In this document: positions 38,820 through 49,376 of the stretch, piece after piece
Numbering within the stretch: position 1 is the first letter of the stretch
Layout: each line of letters starts with the position of its first letter
Assembly: GCA_965247115.1 (NCBI GenBank)
Contig: CBDFGR010000002.1
Location: 1,184,001 to 1,248,000, forward strand
Length of the DNA stretch: 64,000 bases
Origin: Myxococcota bacterium
GTDB taxonomy: Bacteria > Myxococcota_A > UBA9160 > SZUA-336
Direction of reading: 5' to 3'
The notes under the pieces: generated by a model
Told to the model about the DNA's origin: nothing
Database searches by the model: none
What the model saw: only the letters and a program-made list of their open reading frames with translations
Position numbers and translations under genes: made by a program

Positions 38820-41800
38820 TGGCCGAGCCTGACCAGCGCGGCGGATGGATCAGTCGCGTGATTGCCGCCGCCACCCGAAACCGAGGGCTCACGATCCTGG
38901 CGGTGATTGCAGCGACGGCGTGGGGTGTCTACGCGCTTCAAAACGCGCCGCTGGATGCAATCCCGGACCTGTCCGATGTGCAGGTGATCGTGTTCACGGA
39001 GTGGCCGGGCCAGAGCCCGGATCTCGTCGAGGACCAGATCACCTATCCCATCTCTGCGCGGCTTCTGGCCGCGCCCCAGGTCCGCTTCGTGCGTGGGCTC
39101 AGCTTCCTCGGCCTCTCCTTCGTCTACGCGATCTTCGAGGACGGGACCGACATCTACTGGGCGCGCAGTCGCGTGCTGGAGTATCTCTCCGGCGTCCAGA
39201 GCCAGCTTCCCGAAGGCGTAACCCCAGTCCTGGGCCCCGATGCCACCGGAGTGGGCTGGGTCTTCGAGTATGCGCTCATCGACCGCAGCGGCCAGCTCGA
39301 CCTGGCCGAGCTCCGGAGCCTCCAAGACTGGAACGTGCGCTATGCGCTCGAAAGCGTACCTGGCGTAGCCGAGGTGGCCTCGGTGGGCGGCTTCGTCCGG
39401 CAATACCAGGTCCAGATCGATCCGAACAAGCTCTCGGCATTGAACATCCCACTGCAAGACGTGATCCGGGCCGTCCGCGAGTCAAACGAAGACGCGGGTG
39501 GCCGAACGATCGAGTTCGCGGGTCACGAGTACGCGGTCCGCGGCCGCGGCTACGTGCGTCACCTCGACGATCTTCGCCGCGCGCCGCTGCGCGTCGACGC
39601 CAACGGCGCCCCTGTCTTTGTCAAAGACGTCGCCCGCGTTCAGTTCGGGCCCGACATGCGCCGGGGCCTCGCAGAGCTCGACGGCGAGGGTGAGGTGGTG
39701 GGTGGGATCGTGGTCATGCGGTACGGCGAGAACGCGCTCCGCGTGATCAACGCCGTAAAGGCGCGGCTCGAGGCCTTGCGCGCGGGGCTACCGGAGGGCG
39801 TCGAAGTGGTTATCACCTACGACCGCTCGGAGCTGATCGAAGGCTCGATCCAAACGCTCCAGCGCACGCTCTTGGAGGAGATGGCGATCGTCTCGCTCGT
39901 CATCTTCGTCTTCCTTCTTCACGTGCGAAGCGCGCTCATTCCGATCTTGACCATCCCCGTGGGAGTACTGCTCGCGTTCATTCCGATGCTGTTCCAGGGC
40001 CTCACGGCCAACATTATGTCGCTCGGCGGGATCGCCGTGGCCATCGGTGCGATGGTGGATGCGTCCATCATCCTCGTCGAGAACATCCACAAGCGCCTGG
40101 AGCAGTGGGAGCGTGACGGCCGGCCGGGCACACGGGACGCCGTTCTCCTCGGCGCGATGCAGGAGGTCGGGCCGAGCGTCTTCTTCGCCCTGCTTGTCAT
40201 CACCGTCTCTTTCCTACCGATCTTCACCCTGGAGGCGACCGAAGGCCGGCTCTTCAAGCCGCTCGCTTTCACGAAGACCTACGCCATGGGTTTCGCCGCC
40301 GTGCTCTCGGTTACGCTCACCCCTGCGCTGGCGGCGATCTTCGTCAGAGGACGCATCCGGGGGGAAGAGGACCATCCGCTCAACCGCATGCTCATTCGGA
40401 TCTATACCCCGGTGGTGCGCTTCGTCGTGCGCCGACGCTTCGCCGTCGTCATCGGAGCCGCCCTCTTGATCGTCGGCACGGTACCCATGGTATTCCGACT
40501 TGGAAGCGAGTTCATGCCGCCGCTGAACGAGGGAACGATCCTCTACATGCCGACGGCACCGCCGGGCATGTCGATCACCGAGGCGGCGGACGTGCTCCAA
40601 CGCATGGACCAGGAGCTGCTGGAGTTCCCCGAGGTGGTGCGCGTCTTCGGAAAGGCCGGCCGAGCCCGTACACCCACGGATCCCGCCCCCCTCTCGATGG
40701 TGGAGACGATCGTCGTCCTGAAGCCCCGCGCACAGTGGCGGCCCGGGCTGACGTGGGAGGGGTTGGTTCGTGAGATGGACGAGAAGCTCCGCTACCCGGG
40801 CATGCCGAATCTCTTCTGGATGCCGATACAGACGCGGACCGAGATGCTCGCAACGGGAATCCGCAGTCAGCTCGGCATCAAGGTCTTTGGAGCCGACCTG
40901 GCAACGATCGAGGCCGCTGCAACAGCGATCGAGGACGTCCTGGGGGACATCCCGGGAACCCGGAGCGCGGTCGCGGAGCGTCTAACCGGAGGCTTCTTCC
41001 TCGACTTCCACGTGAACCGTGACGAGGCGGCACGCTACGGGCTGAGCGTCCGCGACGTGAACGAGATCATCGAGACGGCGATTGGCGGGAAGAACGTCTC
41101 GTACACCGTCGAGGGGCGGGAGCGCTATCCGATCAACGTGCGCTACGCGCGAGACTTCCGGCAGGACCTGGGGGCCCTGCGACGGGTGCTCGTGGCGACG
41201 CCGACGGGTGCACAGGTGCCACTCTCGCAGCTCGCCGATCTCGAGTTCGCCATGGGGGCCCCTTTCGTCCGCAGCGAAGCCGGCCAGCTCGTGGGCTTCG
41301 TGTTCGTCGATGTCGCCGAGCGTGCAATCGTCGACTACGTTCGTGATGCCCAGCGCGCCGTCGCCGAGCAGGTGCAGCTTCCGCCAGGTACCCGCCTCGA
41401 ATGGGCGGGGCAGTTCCAGTACTTCGAGCGAGCCAAGGAGCGTCTCAAGCTCGTGGTTCCGTTGACACTGCTGCTGGTGAGTCTGCTCCTCTACTTGAAC
41501 ACGGGCTCGGCGGTCCAGACCGGAATGGTGCTGCTGGCCGTTCCCTTCTCCCTGATCGGCGCCTTCTGGCTGCTCTACTGGCTGGACTACAACATGAGCA
41601 TCGGCGTCTGGGTGGGGATCATCGCGCTGGCCGGGCTTGATGCCCAGACCGGGGTCGTGATGCTCCTCTATCTGACTCTTTCCCACTCGAAGCGCCTGAC
41701 CGAGGGGACGCTCCGAAGCTTCGCCGATCTGGAAGACGCCATCGTCGAGGGCGCAGCGTCCCGGGTGCGCCCGAAGCTCATGACCGTAGTGGCCATGACC

Positions 41801-41992
41801 GCTGGGCTCCTGCCGCTCCTGTGGAGTCAAGGCGCCGGCGCCGATGTTATGAAACGCATTGCCGCACCAATGGTGGGTGGCTTGGTCACGTCGGCCATCC
41901 TCGTGCTCGGTGTCTATCCAGCCCTCTTTGCGATCTGGAAACGACGATCGCTTCCGGACGCGGGCGCATTGAGTGACGGACCCCGTGAGTAG
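38813..41992 (+). CDS. cusA: CusA/CzcA family heavy-metal RND permease (Cu/Ag type)
   Basis: LDAIPDLSDVQVI, LGPDATGVGWV, EFMPPLNEG, MPIQTRTEML, RPKLMT, MKRIAAPMVGG. Confidence 0.95.
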   Translation: MVMAEPDQRGGWISRVIAAATRNRGLTILAVIAATAWGVYALQNAPLDAIPDLSDVQVIVFTEWPGQSPDLVEDQITYPISARLLAAPQVRFVRGLSFLGLSFVYAIFEDGTDIYWARSRVLEYLSGVQSQLPEGVTPVLGPDATGVGWVFEYALIDRSGQLDLAELRSLQDWNVRYALESVPGVAEVASVGGFVRQYQVQIDPNKLSALNIPLQDVIRAVRESNEDAGGRTIEFAGHEYAVRGRGYVRHLDDLRRAPLRVDANGAPVFVKDVARVQFGPDMRRGLAELDGEGEVVGGIVVMRYGENALRVINAVKARLEALRAGLPEGVEVVITYDRSELIEGSIQTLQRTLLEEMAIVSLVIFVFLLHVRSALIPILTIPVGVLLAFIPMLFQGLTANIMSLGGIAVAIGAMVDASIILVENIHKRLEQWERDGRPGTRDAVLLGAMQEVGPSVFFALLVITVSFLPIFTLEATEGRLFKPLAFTKTYAMGFAAVLSVTLTPALAAIFVRGRIRGEEDHPLNRMLIRIYTPVVRFVVRRRFAVVIGAALLIVGTVPMVFRLGSEFMPPLNEGTILYMPTAPPGMSITEAADVLQRMDQELLEFPEVVRVFGKAGRARTPTDPAPLSMVETIVVLKPRAQWRPGLTWEGLVREMDEKLRYPGMPNLFWMPIQTRTEMLATGIRSQLGIKVFGADLATIEAAATAIEDVLGDIPGTRSAVAERLTGGFFLDFHVNRDEAARYGLSVRDVNEIIETAIGGKNVSYTVEGRERYPINVRYARDFRQDLGALRRVLVATPTGAQVPLSQLADLEFAMGAPFVRSEAGQLVGFVFVDVAERAIVDYVRDAQRAVAEQVQLPPGTRLEWAGQFQYFERAKERLKLVVPLTLLLVSLLLYLNTGSAVQTGMVLLAVPFSLIGAFWLLYWLDYNMSIGVWVGIIALAGLDAQTGVVMLLYLTLSHSKRLTEGTLRSFADLEDAIVEGAASRVRPKLMTVVAMTAGLLPLLWSQGAGADVMKRIAAPMVGGLVTSAILVLGVYPALFAIWKRRSLPDAGALSDGPRE

Positions 41993-42056
41993 ACAGCTTG
42001 TCGTCGTCGCCACCGAGGAACTTGGATTCCCGTTCGCTCAGGCTTAGACTCGCTCG

Positions 42057-42377
42057 GTGGCAAGAGCTCGCATCTCTGTGAATAGCAGTTCGCTCCACGG
42101 ACGCGGCGTATTCGCGCGGACAGCGTTCAAGCGAGGCGACTACATCGCCGCTGCCCGAGGCACGCGTACGGAAACGGATGGCCGCCATGTCCTGTGGGTA
42201 CTGGAAGACGCAGGCTCCTACCGCGGCGTACGGATCGTCAATTCGCTCCGCTTCCTCAATCACTCGCGCCAACCGAACGCCGAGTTCGAGGGCGCTGAGC
42301 TGTACGCGATCCGAGCGATCGAGCATGGTGAGGAGATCACCTTCGACTACGGGCACGAATTCGCACGTGAGACCTGA
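42057..42377 (+). CDS. SET domain protein
   Basis: SSLHGRGVFA, RFLNHSRQPN, GEEITFDYG. Confidence 0.9.
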   Translation: MARARISVNSSSLHGRGVFARTAFKRGDYIAAARGTRTETDGRHVLWVLEDAGSYRGVRIVNSLRFLNHSRQPNAEFEGAELYAIRAIEHGEEITFDYGHEFARET

Positions 42378-42416
42378 TAGGCTGCACACAGCTGCCCGAG
42401 TCGGAGGTGTCATCTC

Positions 42417-42827
42417 ATGGATCGTCCAAAGCCCGGTGTCACTCTCACGATCCTGGCCCTGCTCTTTGTCCTCGTCGCCATAGAGAGCATCCTGAAGCCG
42501 TACGCCTCGGGCCCGGAGGCGGGATTCATGCTGCTCGGGTTTCGCACGGATGGGCTTCTGGAGGCGATCGTTGCCCGTGTGCACGCGGTTCTCATGCTCG
42601 GACTCGCCTATGGCATCTGGCGACTCAAGCGCTACGCGCTCTACTTCCTGTTGGTCTACACACCGTACATACTGGTGAATATCATCGTGTATACGTTCCG
42701 CTACGAGTGGTACTCTCCGGCCGCCCTCTCTGCTCCCGTATTCGCGGCCATCTGGACGTCCATCTCCCTCGGCGTGCCAGGCGGAACGGCCTATCTGCTG
42801 TCGCGGCGTCGCCCCGAATTGAGCTGA
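42417..42827 (+). CDS. Four-TM membrane protein
   Basis: RPKPGVT...YGIWRLKRYAL; hydrophobic throughout. Confidence 0.7.
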   Translation: MDRPKPGVTLTILALLFVLVAIESILKPYASGPEAGFMLLGFRTDGLLEAIVARVHAVLMLGLAYGIWRLKRYALYFLLVYTPYILVNIIVYTFRYEWYSPAALSAPVFAAIWTSISLGVPGGTAYLLSRRRPELS

Positions 42828-42865
42828 GTTTCACTGTAGGAACAGTGACAGACGGCGAATAGGCT

Positions 42866-43834
42866 ATGAAGGCCATCCTCCTCAGACGTTATGGCGATAT
42901 TGATGATCTGGAGTTCACTGAGGTTCCTGATCCCACTCCGCGTGATGATGAGATACTGGTTCGTATGCACGCTGCGGCGGCGAATGACTGCGCGCTGGGG
43001 ATCATCCGTGCCAAGCCAGCGTTCATGCGAATCTTTCTGGGACTCACAAAGCCCAATGTACCCATTCTGGGCGCAGACATGTCTGGTGTCGTGGAAGCCG
43101 TCGGTAACGAGACCTCTCGCTTTAAGCCTGGCGATGAAGTGTACGGCGATCTCAGTGGGGTGGGTTTCGGCGCCTTTGCAGAATATGTATGCGTGCCAGA
43201 ACATGCTATTCGCCTGAAACCGACCAACATCTCCCATGAGGAGGCTGCAACCGTACCGCATGCCACCGGTCTTGCGATTCAGGGTCTTCGAGAAATGGGG
43301 CAGCTCTCTGCTGGTCAGCGTCTATTGATCAATGGTGCAGGAGGCGGAGTAGGGGCGCTGGGTATTCAATACGCAAAGATGATTGGCGCACAGGTGACTG
43401 GCGTTGACAGTCCGGTGAAGCTCGACTTTATGCGCTCGTTAGGCTGCGATTCAGTCATCGACTATACTCGGGAAAATTTCACGAACATGGGACTTCAATA
43501 CGATCTGATTCTGGACAACAAGTCCTATCACTCTCCTGGTGCCTATGCGCGAGCATTGAACACGGGCGGTCGTTACATTTCCGTTGGTGGTTCAATGGTC
43601 AGGGTTTTTCAGATCCTGTTGGCGAGTCGTGTTTTTCGTCGTTTGAAACACAAACACCTTAATGTGCTGGGACTGAAGGCGAATACTGGCCTTGCAGACA
43701 TGACGGAATTGATTGAGACAGGAAAGATTAAGCCCGTCGTAGGCGAAACCTTTGCGTTGAACGACACTGCCCTCGCGCTACACGCGTATGAACAAAGTGA
43801 GCAGTGCGGCAGGATCGTCATTAGCGTTCACTGA
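42866..43834 (+). CDS. NAD(P)-dependent alcohol dehydrogenase / MDR quinone oxidoreductase
   Basis: ILGADMSG, FKPGDEVYG, GAFAEY, INGAGGGVG; visibly more AT-rich than the flanks. Confidence 0.92.
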   Translation: MKAILLRRYGDIDDLEFTEVPDPTPRDDEILVRMHAAAANDCALGIIRAKPAFMRIFLGLTKPNVPILGADMSGVVEAVGNETSRFKPGDEVYGDLSGVGFGAFAEYVCVPEHAIRLKPTNISHEEAATVPHATGLAIQGLREMGQLSAGQRLLINGAGGGVGALGIQYAKMIGAQVTGVDSPVKLDFMRSLGCDSVIDYTRENFTNMGLQYDLILDNKSYHSPGAYARALNTGGRYISVGGSMVRVFQILLASRVFRRLKHKHLNVLGLKANTGLADMTELIETGKIKPVVGETFALNDTALALHAYEQSEQCGRIVISVH

Positions 43835-43840
43835 CGGAAA

Positions 43841-44569
43841 TCATGCTTTCTGGGTTTCAACAGCCCCCACATGCGGATCTAGATCGGTGTCCCCAGCGGC
43901 TTCAGGGTTTTGGGCATGCGTCGAGGTTCCCAGCTCGACTTCGCGAATCATGTCGCGATCCTCTTGATTCGACGAGGTCCAGAGCTCAAACATCCGACGC
44001 AGTGTCTCGATCCGGGGGCGATGCGAGTCCTCAACTACCTCGATTTCACGCTTCTCTGAACGCTCGCCGAAGAGGCTCTGAAGGTCGGTTCGCTTGATCA
44101 GTATGACTCTCAGCTTCTGGGTCTTCATCTCGCCGTAGCGCTCCCACGTCAGGCCAAAGAGAAATGCGTCGGTCTTGATTGGTATTCCGACTGCTCTGGC
44201 GACGAACGCGTCTGAGAAGCGCTCCGACAATACGTTCAGAACTGCATTCAGCACCAGGTCTCTGTCGCGCAGCTGAGCGATGCGCAGAAATGGCATCTCT
44301 CGGGTTGTCAGTCGCGCCGCCTTTAGGACCCGGCTGACCCCATACTCATTGAGCCATACATTGGACGCGCCGTCCTCTAACAAGGTTCGCAACAGCAGTA
44401 TCTGTGATCCGTCTCGTTCGACGGGTGTCGTCAGGGAGAAGTTGACCTGCTGGGTAAAGCGCCGGTGTCGCCAGTCATACTGGCGTCTGATCGAGACGAT
44501 ACTTATCACCGACCATGTTGCGAGCAACAGCGCAAGTTCCCAATTGTCCAGTACTAGATCGATATTCAT
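43841..44569 (-). CDS. Hypothetical protein with an N-terminal TM segment
   Basis: 242-aa ORF with an ATG start and no recognised motif. Confidence 0.6.
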   Translation of the reverse strand: MNIDLVLDNWELALLLATWSVISIVSIRRQYDWRHRRFTQQVNFSLTTPVERDGSQILLLRTLLEDGASNVWLNEYGVSRVLKAARLTTREMPFLRIAQLRDRDLVLNAVLNVLSERFSDAFVARAVGIPIKTDAFLFGLTWERYGEMKTQKLRVILIKRTDLQSLFGERSEKREIEVVEDSHRPRIETLRRMFELWTSSNQEDRDMIREVELGTSTHAQNPEAAGDTDLDPHVGAVETQKA

Positions 44570-44616
44570 TCGTATGTCTACCCGAATTGCGTGGTCCGTG
44601 GACGTAGAATCGCCCC

Positions 44617-44772
44617 ATGCCCGCTGCCAAACGCCGCCTGGCTGCGACCATGTTCACGGACATCGTAGGCTACACGGCCCTGGTGGCGGAGAGCGAGGAG
44701 AAGGGGCTCGCAGCGCGCGAGCGGCACCGGGAGCTAGTCCGGCCGCTGGTCGAGAAGTGCTGTTGCCGATGA
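44617..44772 (+). pseudogene. Adenylate/guanylate cyclase N-terminal relic
   Basis: MPAAKRRLAATMFTDIVGYTALVAESEEKGL...ELVRPLVEK, then an early stop. Confidence 0.85.
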
Positions 44773-44894
44773 CCCCAAAGTGCTAGGCCGGATCGCGATA
44801 TGCTGGGACCTCTAGACCCAATCCCCCACCAGGAGTACGCCATGCCCCAGCTTTTTGATGGCGACATTCGGACACGCGAAGCTAAGAGGACCCT

Positions 44895-46103
44895 TTGCAT
44901 GCAGCGGTGATCGGCGGCTCACTGGGTGGGCTCAGTGCAGCCGTCGTTCTCCGGGACCGGGGCCTCGATGTAGACGTCTACGAGCGCTCCGACTCGACAC
45001 TCAAGAGTCGGGGCGCGGGAATCGTCCTGCACGAGGTCACCACGCGCTACCTGATCGAGAAGGGCGTGGTCGAGCTCGACGACATCAGCGCCTTTTCCCG
45101 GCGCACGCGCTACATCGACGCGCGCGGCGACACCGTCCACGACTTCGCGATCACGTACCGCTTCAGCTCCTGGAGCTCGCTGTACCGCGCCCTACTCTCC
45201 TGCTTCGATCGCGATCACTATCACCTTGGACACAATTTCGTGTCATACTCGGACGAAGGAACACAGGTTCGCGCCCGCTTTGAGCAAGGTCTTGAACTCG
45301 ACTGCGATCTACTCGTGTGCGCAGACGGAATTTCCTCAACTGCGCGCTCGACCCTGCTTCCCCAGGTGGTTCCCGTGTACTCAGGCTACGTGGGCTGGCG
45401 CGGCACGGTGAGCGAGGAAGAGCTCACGCCCGAAACCCTTGCCGCGCTGTACGAGACGATCCTCTATTGCGTACTCCCCGATGGTCACATGCTGGCGTAC
45501 CCCATCCCGAACGTGGATGGAAGCCTGAGCCAAGGCCAGCGGCTGATCAACTTCATCTGGTATCGCAACGTCGCCGCCGGCGAGGATCTCGAGGCGCTGA
45601 TGACCGACCGCTCCGGTGTACTGCGGTCGATCTCCATGCCCCCAGGCTCGGCCCGAGACGAGTTCGTGGACGAACTCCGCAGCGCAGCCGAAAAGCGTCT
45701 GCCGCCGATCTTCCGCGAGCTGGTCACCAGAACGCGGGAGCCGTTCATCCAGCAAGTTCTGGACGTCGAAGTGCCGCGCATGACGTTCGGGCGCACCTGC
45801 TTGATCGGCGATGCTGCATTCACCGCGCGCCCACACCCCGCGGCGGGCACGGCCAAGGCCGCGGACGACGCCTGGAGCCTGGGGCAGTGTGCAGGCGACG
45901 CGAAGTCCGATCTAGCAACGGGTCTGCGTGTTTGGGAAAAGCAGCGCCTGCAAGTCGGCTCGGAGCTGGTCGCGCGCGGCAAAGACATGGGGCGGCGCTC
46001 ACAGTTCGAAAACCGCTTCGAACCGGGCGACCCCTCGCTGGCGTTTGGACTCTACCGGCCCGGCGACTCGCGCCTACCCGCGGGGAATGCGGACTCGACT
46101 TAG
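44895..46103 (+). CDS. FAD-dependent monooxygenase (2,6-dihydroxypyridine 3-monooxygenase-like)
   Basis: VIGGSLGG, RGAGIV, ADGISS, YSGYVGWRG, IGDAAFTARPHPAAGTAKA. Confidence 0.88.
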   Translation: MHAAVIGGSLGGLSAAVVLRDRGLDVDVYERSDSTLKSRGAGIVLHEVTTRYLIEKGVVELDDISAFSRRTRYIDARGDTVHDFAITYRFSSWSSLYRALLSCFDRDHYHLGHNFVSYSDEGTQVRARFEQGLELDCDLLVCADGISSTARSTLLPQVVPVYSGYVGWRGTVSEEELTPETLAALYETILYCVLPDGHMLAYPIPNVDGSLSQGQRLINFIWYRNVAAGEDLEALMTDRSGVLRSISMPPGSARDEFVDELRSAAEKRLPPIFRELVTRTREPFIQQVLDVEVPRMTFGRTCLIGDAAFTARPHPAAGTAKAADDAWSLGQCAGDAKSDLATGLRVWEKQRLQVGSELVARGKDMGRRSQFENRFEPGDPSLAFGLYRPGDSRLPAGNADST

Positions 46104-46182
46104 ACTGCCGGGCCGCCCCTATCGAGGCAAGCCCGGGAAGAATCCCAGCTTGGGCTTGACGGTCAGGGGTATTATTACGGCC

Positions 46183-46605
46183 ATGGACATCCAGGAACTC
46201 AACCGGAAGGTGATCGAGGACTTTCGGGCGAACGGGGGAAAGCTCGAGGGGCAGTTCGCGGGAGCGCCGCTGCTGCTGCTGAATACGACCGGCGCGAAGA
46301 GCGGCCTGCCTCGGACCAATCCGCTCGCTTACGTGGCGGATGGCGACCAGCTCGCGGTCGTCGCCTCGTATGCGGGCGGTCCGAACAATCCGCCTTGGTT
46401 CTACAACCTCGTAGCGAATCCCGAAGTCGAGGTCGAAATCGGCCACGAGCGGTTCGCGGCCACGGCCCGAATCGCAGAGGAGCCGCAGCGCACGGAGCTG
46501 TACGGGAAGATGGCAGCGGCAATGCCTGTCTTTTCGGAGTATCAGGCCAAGACGGAACGTGTGATCCCGGTCATCGTGCTAACCCGCACACCGCTTCCTG
46601 GCTGA
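46183..46605 (+). CDS. Deazaflavin (F420)-dependent nitroreductase family protein
   Basis: VIEDFRANGG, LLNTTGAKSG, VASYAGGPNNPPWFYNL, YQAKTERVIPV. Confidence 0.92.
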   Translation: MDIQELNRKVIEDFRANGGKLEGQFAGAPLLLLNTTGAKSGLPRTNPLAYVADGDQLAVVASYAGGPNNPPWFYNLVANPEVEVEIGHERFAATARIAEEPQRTELYGKMAAAMPVFSEYQAKTERVIPVIVLTRTPLPG

Positions 46606-46662
46606 ACGGGGCTCGACCGGGAGCGTCAGGGGCGCGTCGGAAGCTGACTGAGGGGTCATGAC

Positions 46663-46996
46663 ATGAAGAGCGGGTTCCGGGTTAGACCGCGACATCCACC
46701 TGTTCGAGCCTGCGGAGTTTTGGGGCGAGTACATCGAGCCCCGTTGCCGGGAGCGCGCTCCCCGTGTCCCCAAACGGGGCTTTGGGGCGCTCGTATCGGT
46801 CGAACCCGATGAGACGCTCGCCGCGCACGCGATCGCGGAGGTCGGGGACGACTGCTTCGTCCTCTCGACGGACTGGCCGCACGATGACTCGGCCTACCCC
46901 CACGCGCTCGAGCACTTCCTCGAGCTGCTCATCTCGGATGAGGCCCGGCGGAAGATCCTCTGGGACAACTGCGCCCGCCTCTACGGCATTGCCTGA
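46663..46996 (+). pseudogene. Amidohydrolase_2 relic with an internal deletion
   Basis: DRDIHLFEPAEFWGEYIEP joined to STDWPHDDS...RRKILWDNCARLYG; frameshift after the start. Confidence 0.8.
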
Positions 46997-47045
46997 TGGC
47001 TCGTCTCACTGACCTCCGCGGCCGCGGCCATGGGGTCGGCCGTTC

Positions 47046-47368
47046 AATCATTGGTCGGGGCGGCCGGACTTGAACCGGCGACCTCCTGCTCCCAAAGCAG
47101 CCTGCGAGTGTTTTGGTGCGTTTGGCTTCGTTGGCCCGCGTGCTCTAACGCTCTGCTGCGTTTGAGGATTCCGACCCCGCGAGGTTGGCTCCGTTGGGCT
47201 ACGAGATCCTACGATTGGCGGAGTTCGCACCCCGATTCGCACCCAACGCGGGACCCCAGGCGGCGCGCATCCACTCCTCGAAGTCGCTGAGTCGGCGAGG
47301 CCGCGGACGAGGCGTAGTTCGAAGCCGAACTCGCAGAAAGCGACAGGGAATCGGGTTGGTGCAAGCTC
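47046..47368. repeat. 323-bp direct repeat copy A, including the 49-bp tRNA-Pro 3' end (47052-47100): att site plus arm
   Basis: Appears identical to 51712-52034; the first part matches the tRNA at 56955-57003. Confidence 0.95.
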
Positions 47369-47533
47369 GTCGGGCTGCGCTTCAACGGTCGACCGACCGC
47401 ACTCGTGGCAGAACTTCGCGGCTGAAGGCAGCTCCGTACCACACTGGGGACACGAGGTAGAGCAGCGTGTTCCACACTCCTGGCAGAAGTTGGCCGCGGA
47501 GGGGTTCTCATGCTGGCAGGCGGGACAGATCAA
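47369..47533 (-). pseudogene. Double zinc-ribbon N-terminus of a truncated cyclase/AAA-type gene
   Basis: ICPACQHENPSAANFCQECG...CPQCGTELPSAAKFCHECG, cut at the repeat boundary. Confidence 0.75.
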
Positions 47534-47970
47534 GGGCGAGGGCTCCGTGACGGGCGCATCTCGGCTCCTAGCTCTCCGGGAACCCGATGCGGCGCAGCAG
47601 GTCCCGGAAGCGGGGGTCGGAGCGCATGGGGTCGAAGGCGGCACTCCACCGAATTGAGGGTGTCCAGGAGCGCTCCTCGTAGGCTCGTTCGAGCCACTCG
47701 AAGGCGCGTTCCGTTTCTCCGAGGGCTGCCCACGCCTCAGCAACGTTGATGGGGTCGATGTAGCGCTCACCCGAGAGTGCGATCGCCTCGCGCAGCTCCA
47801 CCTCTGCCTCCGCGGTCTCGCCCACCAGGGCGCGATAGGCGGCCACGCGCGGCGATGGGCGTGGGGACATCGTTTCGATCTCTCGCACCTGGGCGACAGC
47901 CTCGGTCTCCCGCTCTAGGTCCAGATAGATCCAAAACAAAAAGATGCGAGGCAGGAGTCTATCGGGGTAG

Positions 47971-49376
47971 GGTCACGTCCGGTTCTTGCTGGAAACGCGG
48001 GACCGGGGATTGGCTTCGCGTGACGGGATGGCGGGAGCCTGACGGCGTTCGTGGTTCTGGTCAAGCTCTTCCCGAATCACAGAGAGCTGTCGGGCTTCAA
48101 AGGCGCTGATCGCGATGCCCCGCCAGGACTCGGCGCTCCGGATCAACGCAGCATACATCAGCTTCAAGACCGCACGCTCTCCGAAGGCGTGTACGACCGC
48201 CTTCATGCGACGGCGCTCTTCGAGGAAGAGGCGCTCGAGTAAGTTCGTCGTCCGAATCACGCGACGGTGTTTTACCGGGAAGCGCAAGTGGGCGATGCAG
48301 GCTTCAAAATCATCCATGAAGCACTGCACGGCCGTAGGTAACGTCTTCTCGTAGCGTCGGACCAGGTCGTCGCGCAGGAGACGAGCGACCTCTTGCGAGG
48401 GTCCCTCGTAACAGGCCTTGGCGTGGGCGCGAAACTCCGGCCAGTCGGGCTCGGAGATCTTGGAGGCGAGGTTGCGCATCCGATGGGCCAAACAGCGTTG
48501 TCGCTCCGCCCGGGGAAAGCACTCCTCGACCGCGCGGATCAGACCGGGGGCTCCATCCGTGACGACGAGGAGCGGATCCTCGAGGCCGCGACGTTTGAGG
48601 TCCTGGAAGAAGGCCGTGCAACTCGCCGTGTCCTCCTTCGTGCCCGGACTCAGGTGCAGGAGAACCTTCTCGCCCTCGTCGGTGATGCCCCAGGCACACA
48701 GCACCATCTCGCGACGCTGACCGGTGTGCAGGCGCTCGGCGACGCCATCCACGAACAGGTACAGGAGCTTGAACTCGGAGAGGTCCCGGGTCGCAAAGGC
48801 CTCGTACTCTTCCCAGAGCTGCTCCGTGACCTCACTCACGGCTGTCCGCGAAAGCAAGGACCGTCCGTCCTCGCCTCGAAAGGTGGCCTCGATGTCGCGG
48901 GTCGAGAGTCCTCTCGCGTACATCTCCACCGCCAGCTCTTCCAGGGCGCGCGTCCGCTTCTCGAGTTCGGGACGGATCCCGGAACGGAAGGGTTCGTCGG
49001 TGTCGCTCACCTGCGGAGCCCGGTACTCGATCGGACCTTCGGCGCTCTTCACCCGCGCCGGTCGCGATCCATTGCGGTAGCCCTTTTGCCCCTCGCGTCG
49101 CCGCGCGTAGTGGCCTCGGCCCAGGACATCGCTGACCTCGGCTTCCAGCGCCTCCTCGATGATCTTGCGCATCGCGAGCTGGAGCAGCCCCTCCAGGCCG
49201 TCTCCTTCCTCCAGCTCCTGGATCAGCTCACGGATCTTCTGGCTCGTCCTCTCGCTGCTCAGTACTCTCGTTGCCAAGGGGATGTCTCCTCGCGTGGCCG
49301 GAAGGTCCGGCGGGTTTTGTTTGATTCACGCGAGGTTGCATCCCCCCTTTGTTTCCAGCAAACCCCGGACGTCACC
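47971..49376 (-). mobile_element. IS256 family insertion sequence (1406 bp)
   Basis: 26-bp imperfect terminal inverted repeats GGTCACGTCCGGTTCTTGCTGGAAAC / GTTTCCAGCAAACCCCGGACGTCACC; 8-bp target duplication CGGGGTAG at 47963-47970 and 49377-49384. Confidence 0.95.
47973..49277 (-). CDS. IS256 family transposase
   Basis: GYRNG, MYARGLSTRDI, YLFVDG, VTDGAPGL, QRCLAHRMRN, IRTTNLLER. Confidence 0.96.
   Translation of the reverse strand: MATRVLSSERTSQKIRELIQELEEGDGLEGLLQLAMRKIIEEALEAEVSDVLGRGHYARRREGQKGYRNGSRPARVKSAEGPIEYRAPQVSDTDEPFRSGIRPELEKRTRALEELAVEMYARGLSTRDIEATFRGEDGRSLLSRTAVSEVTEQLWEEYEAFATRDLSEFKLLYLFVDGVAERLHTGQRREMVLCAWGITDEGEKVLLHLSPGTKEDTASCTAFFQDLKRRGLEDPLLVVTDGAPGLIRAVEECFPRAERQRCLAHRMRNLASKISEPDWPEFRAHAKACYEGPSQEVARLLRDDLVRRYEKTLPTAVQCFMDDFEACIAHLRFPVKHRRVIRTTNLLERLFLEERRRMKAVVHAFGERAVLKLMYAALIRSAESWRGIAISAFEARQLSVIREELDQNHERRQAPAIPSREANPRSRVSSKNRT

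Noticed and set aside
42057..42377. SET domain as a eukaryote-like novelty
   Set aside because: Small SET proteins are widespread in bacteria and nothing in the context is special.
47052..47100. Additional tRNA-Pro genes at 47052 and 51718
   Set aside because: Only the 3' 49 nt match; the D-arm and 5' acceptor strand are absent, so these are att copies.
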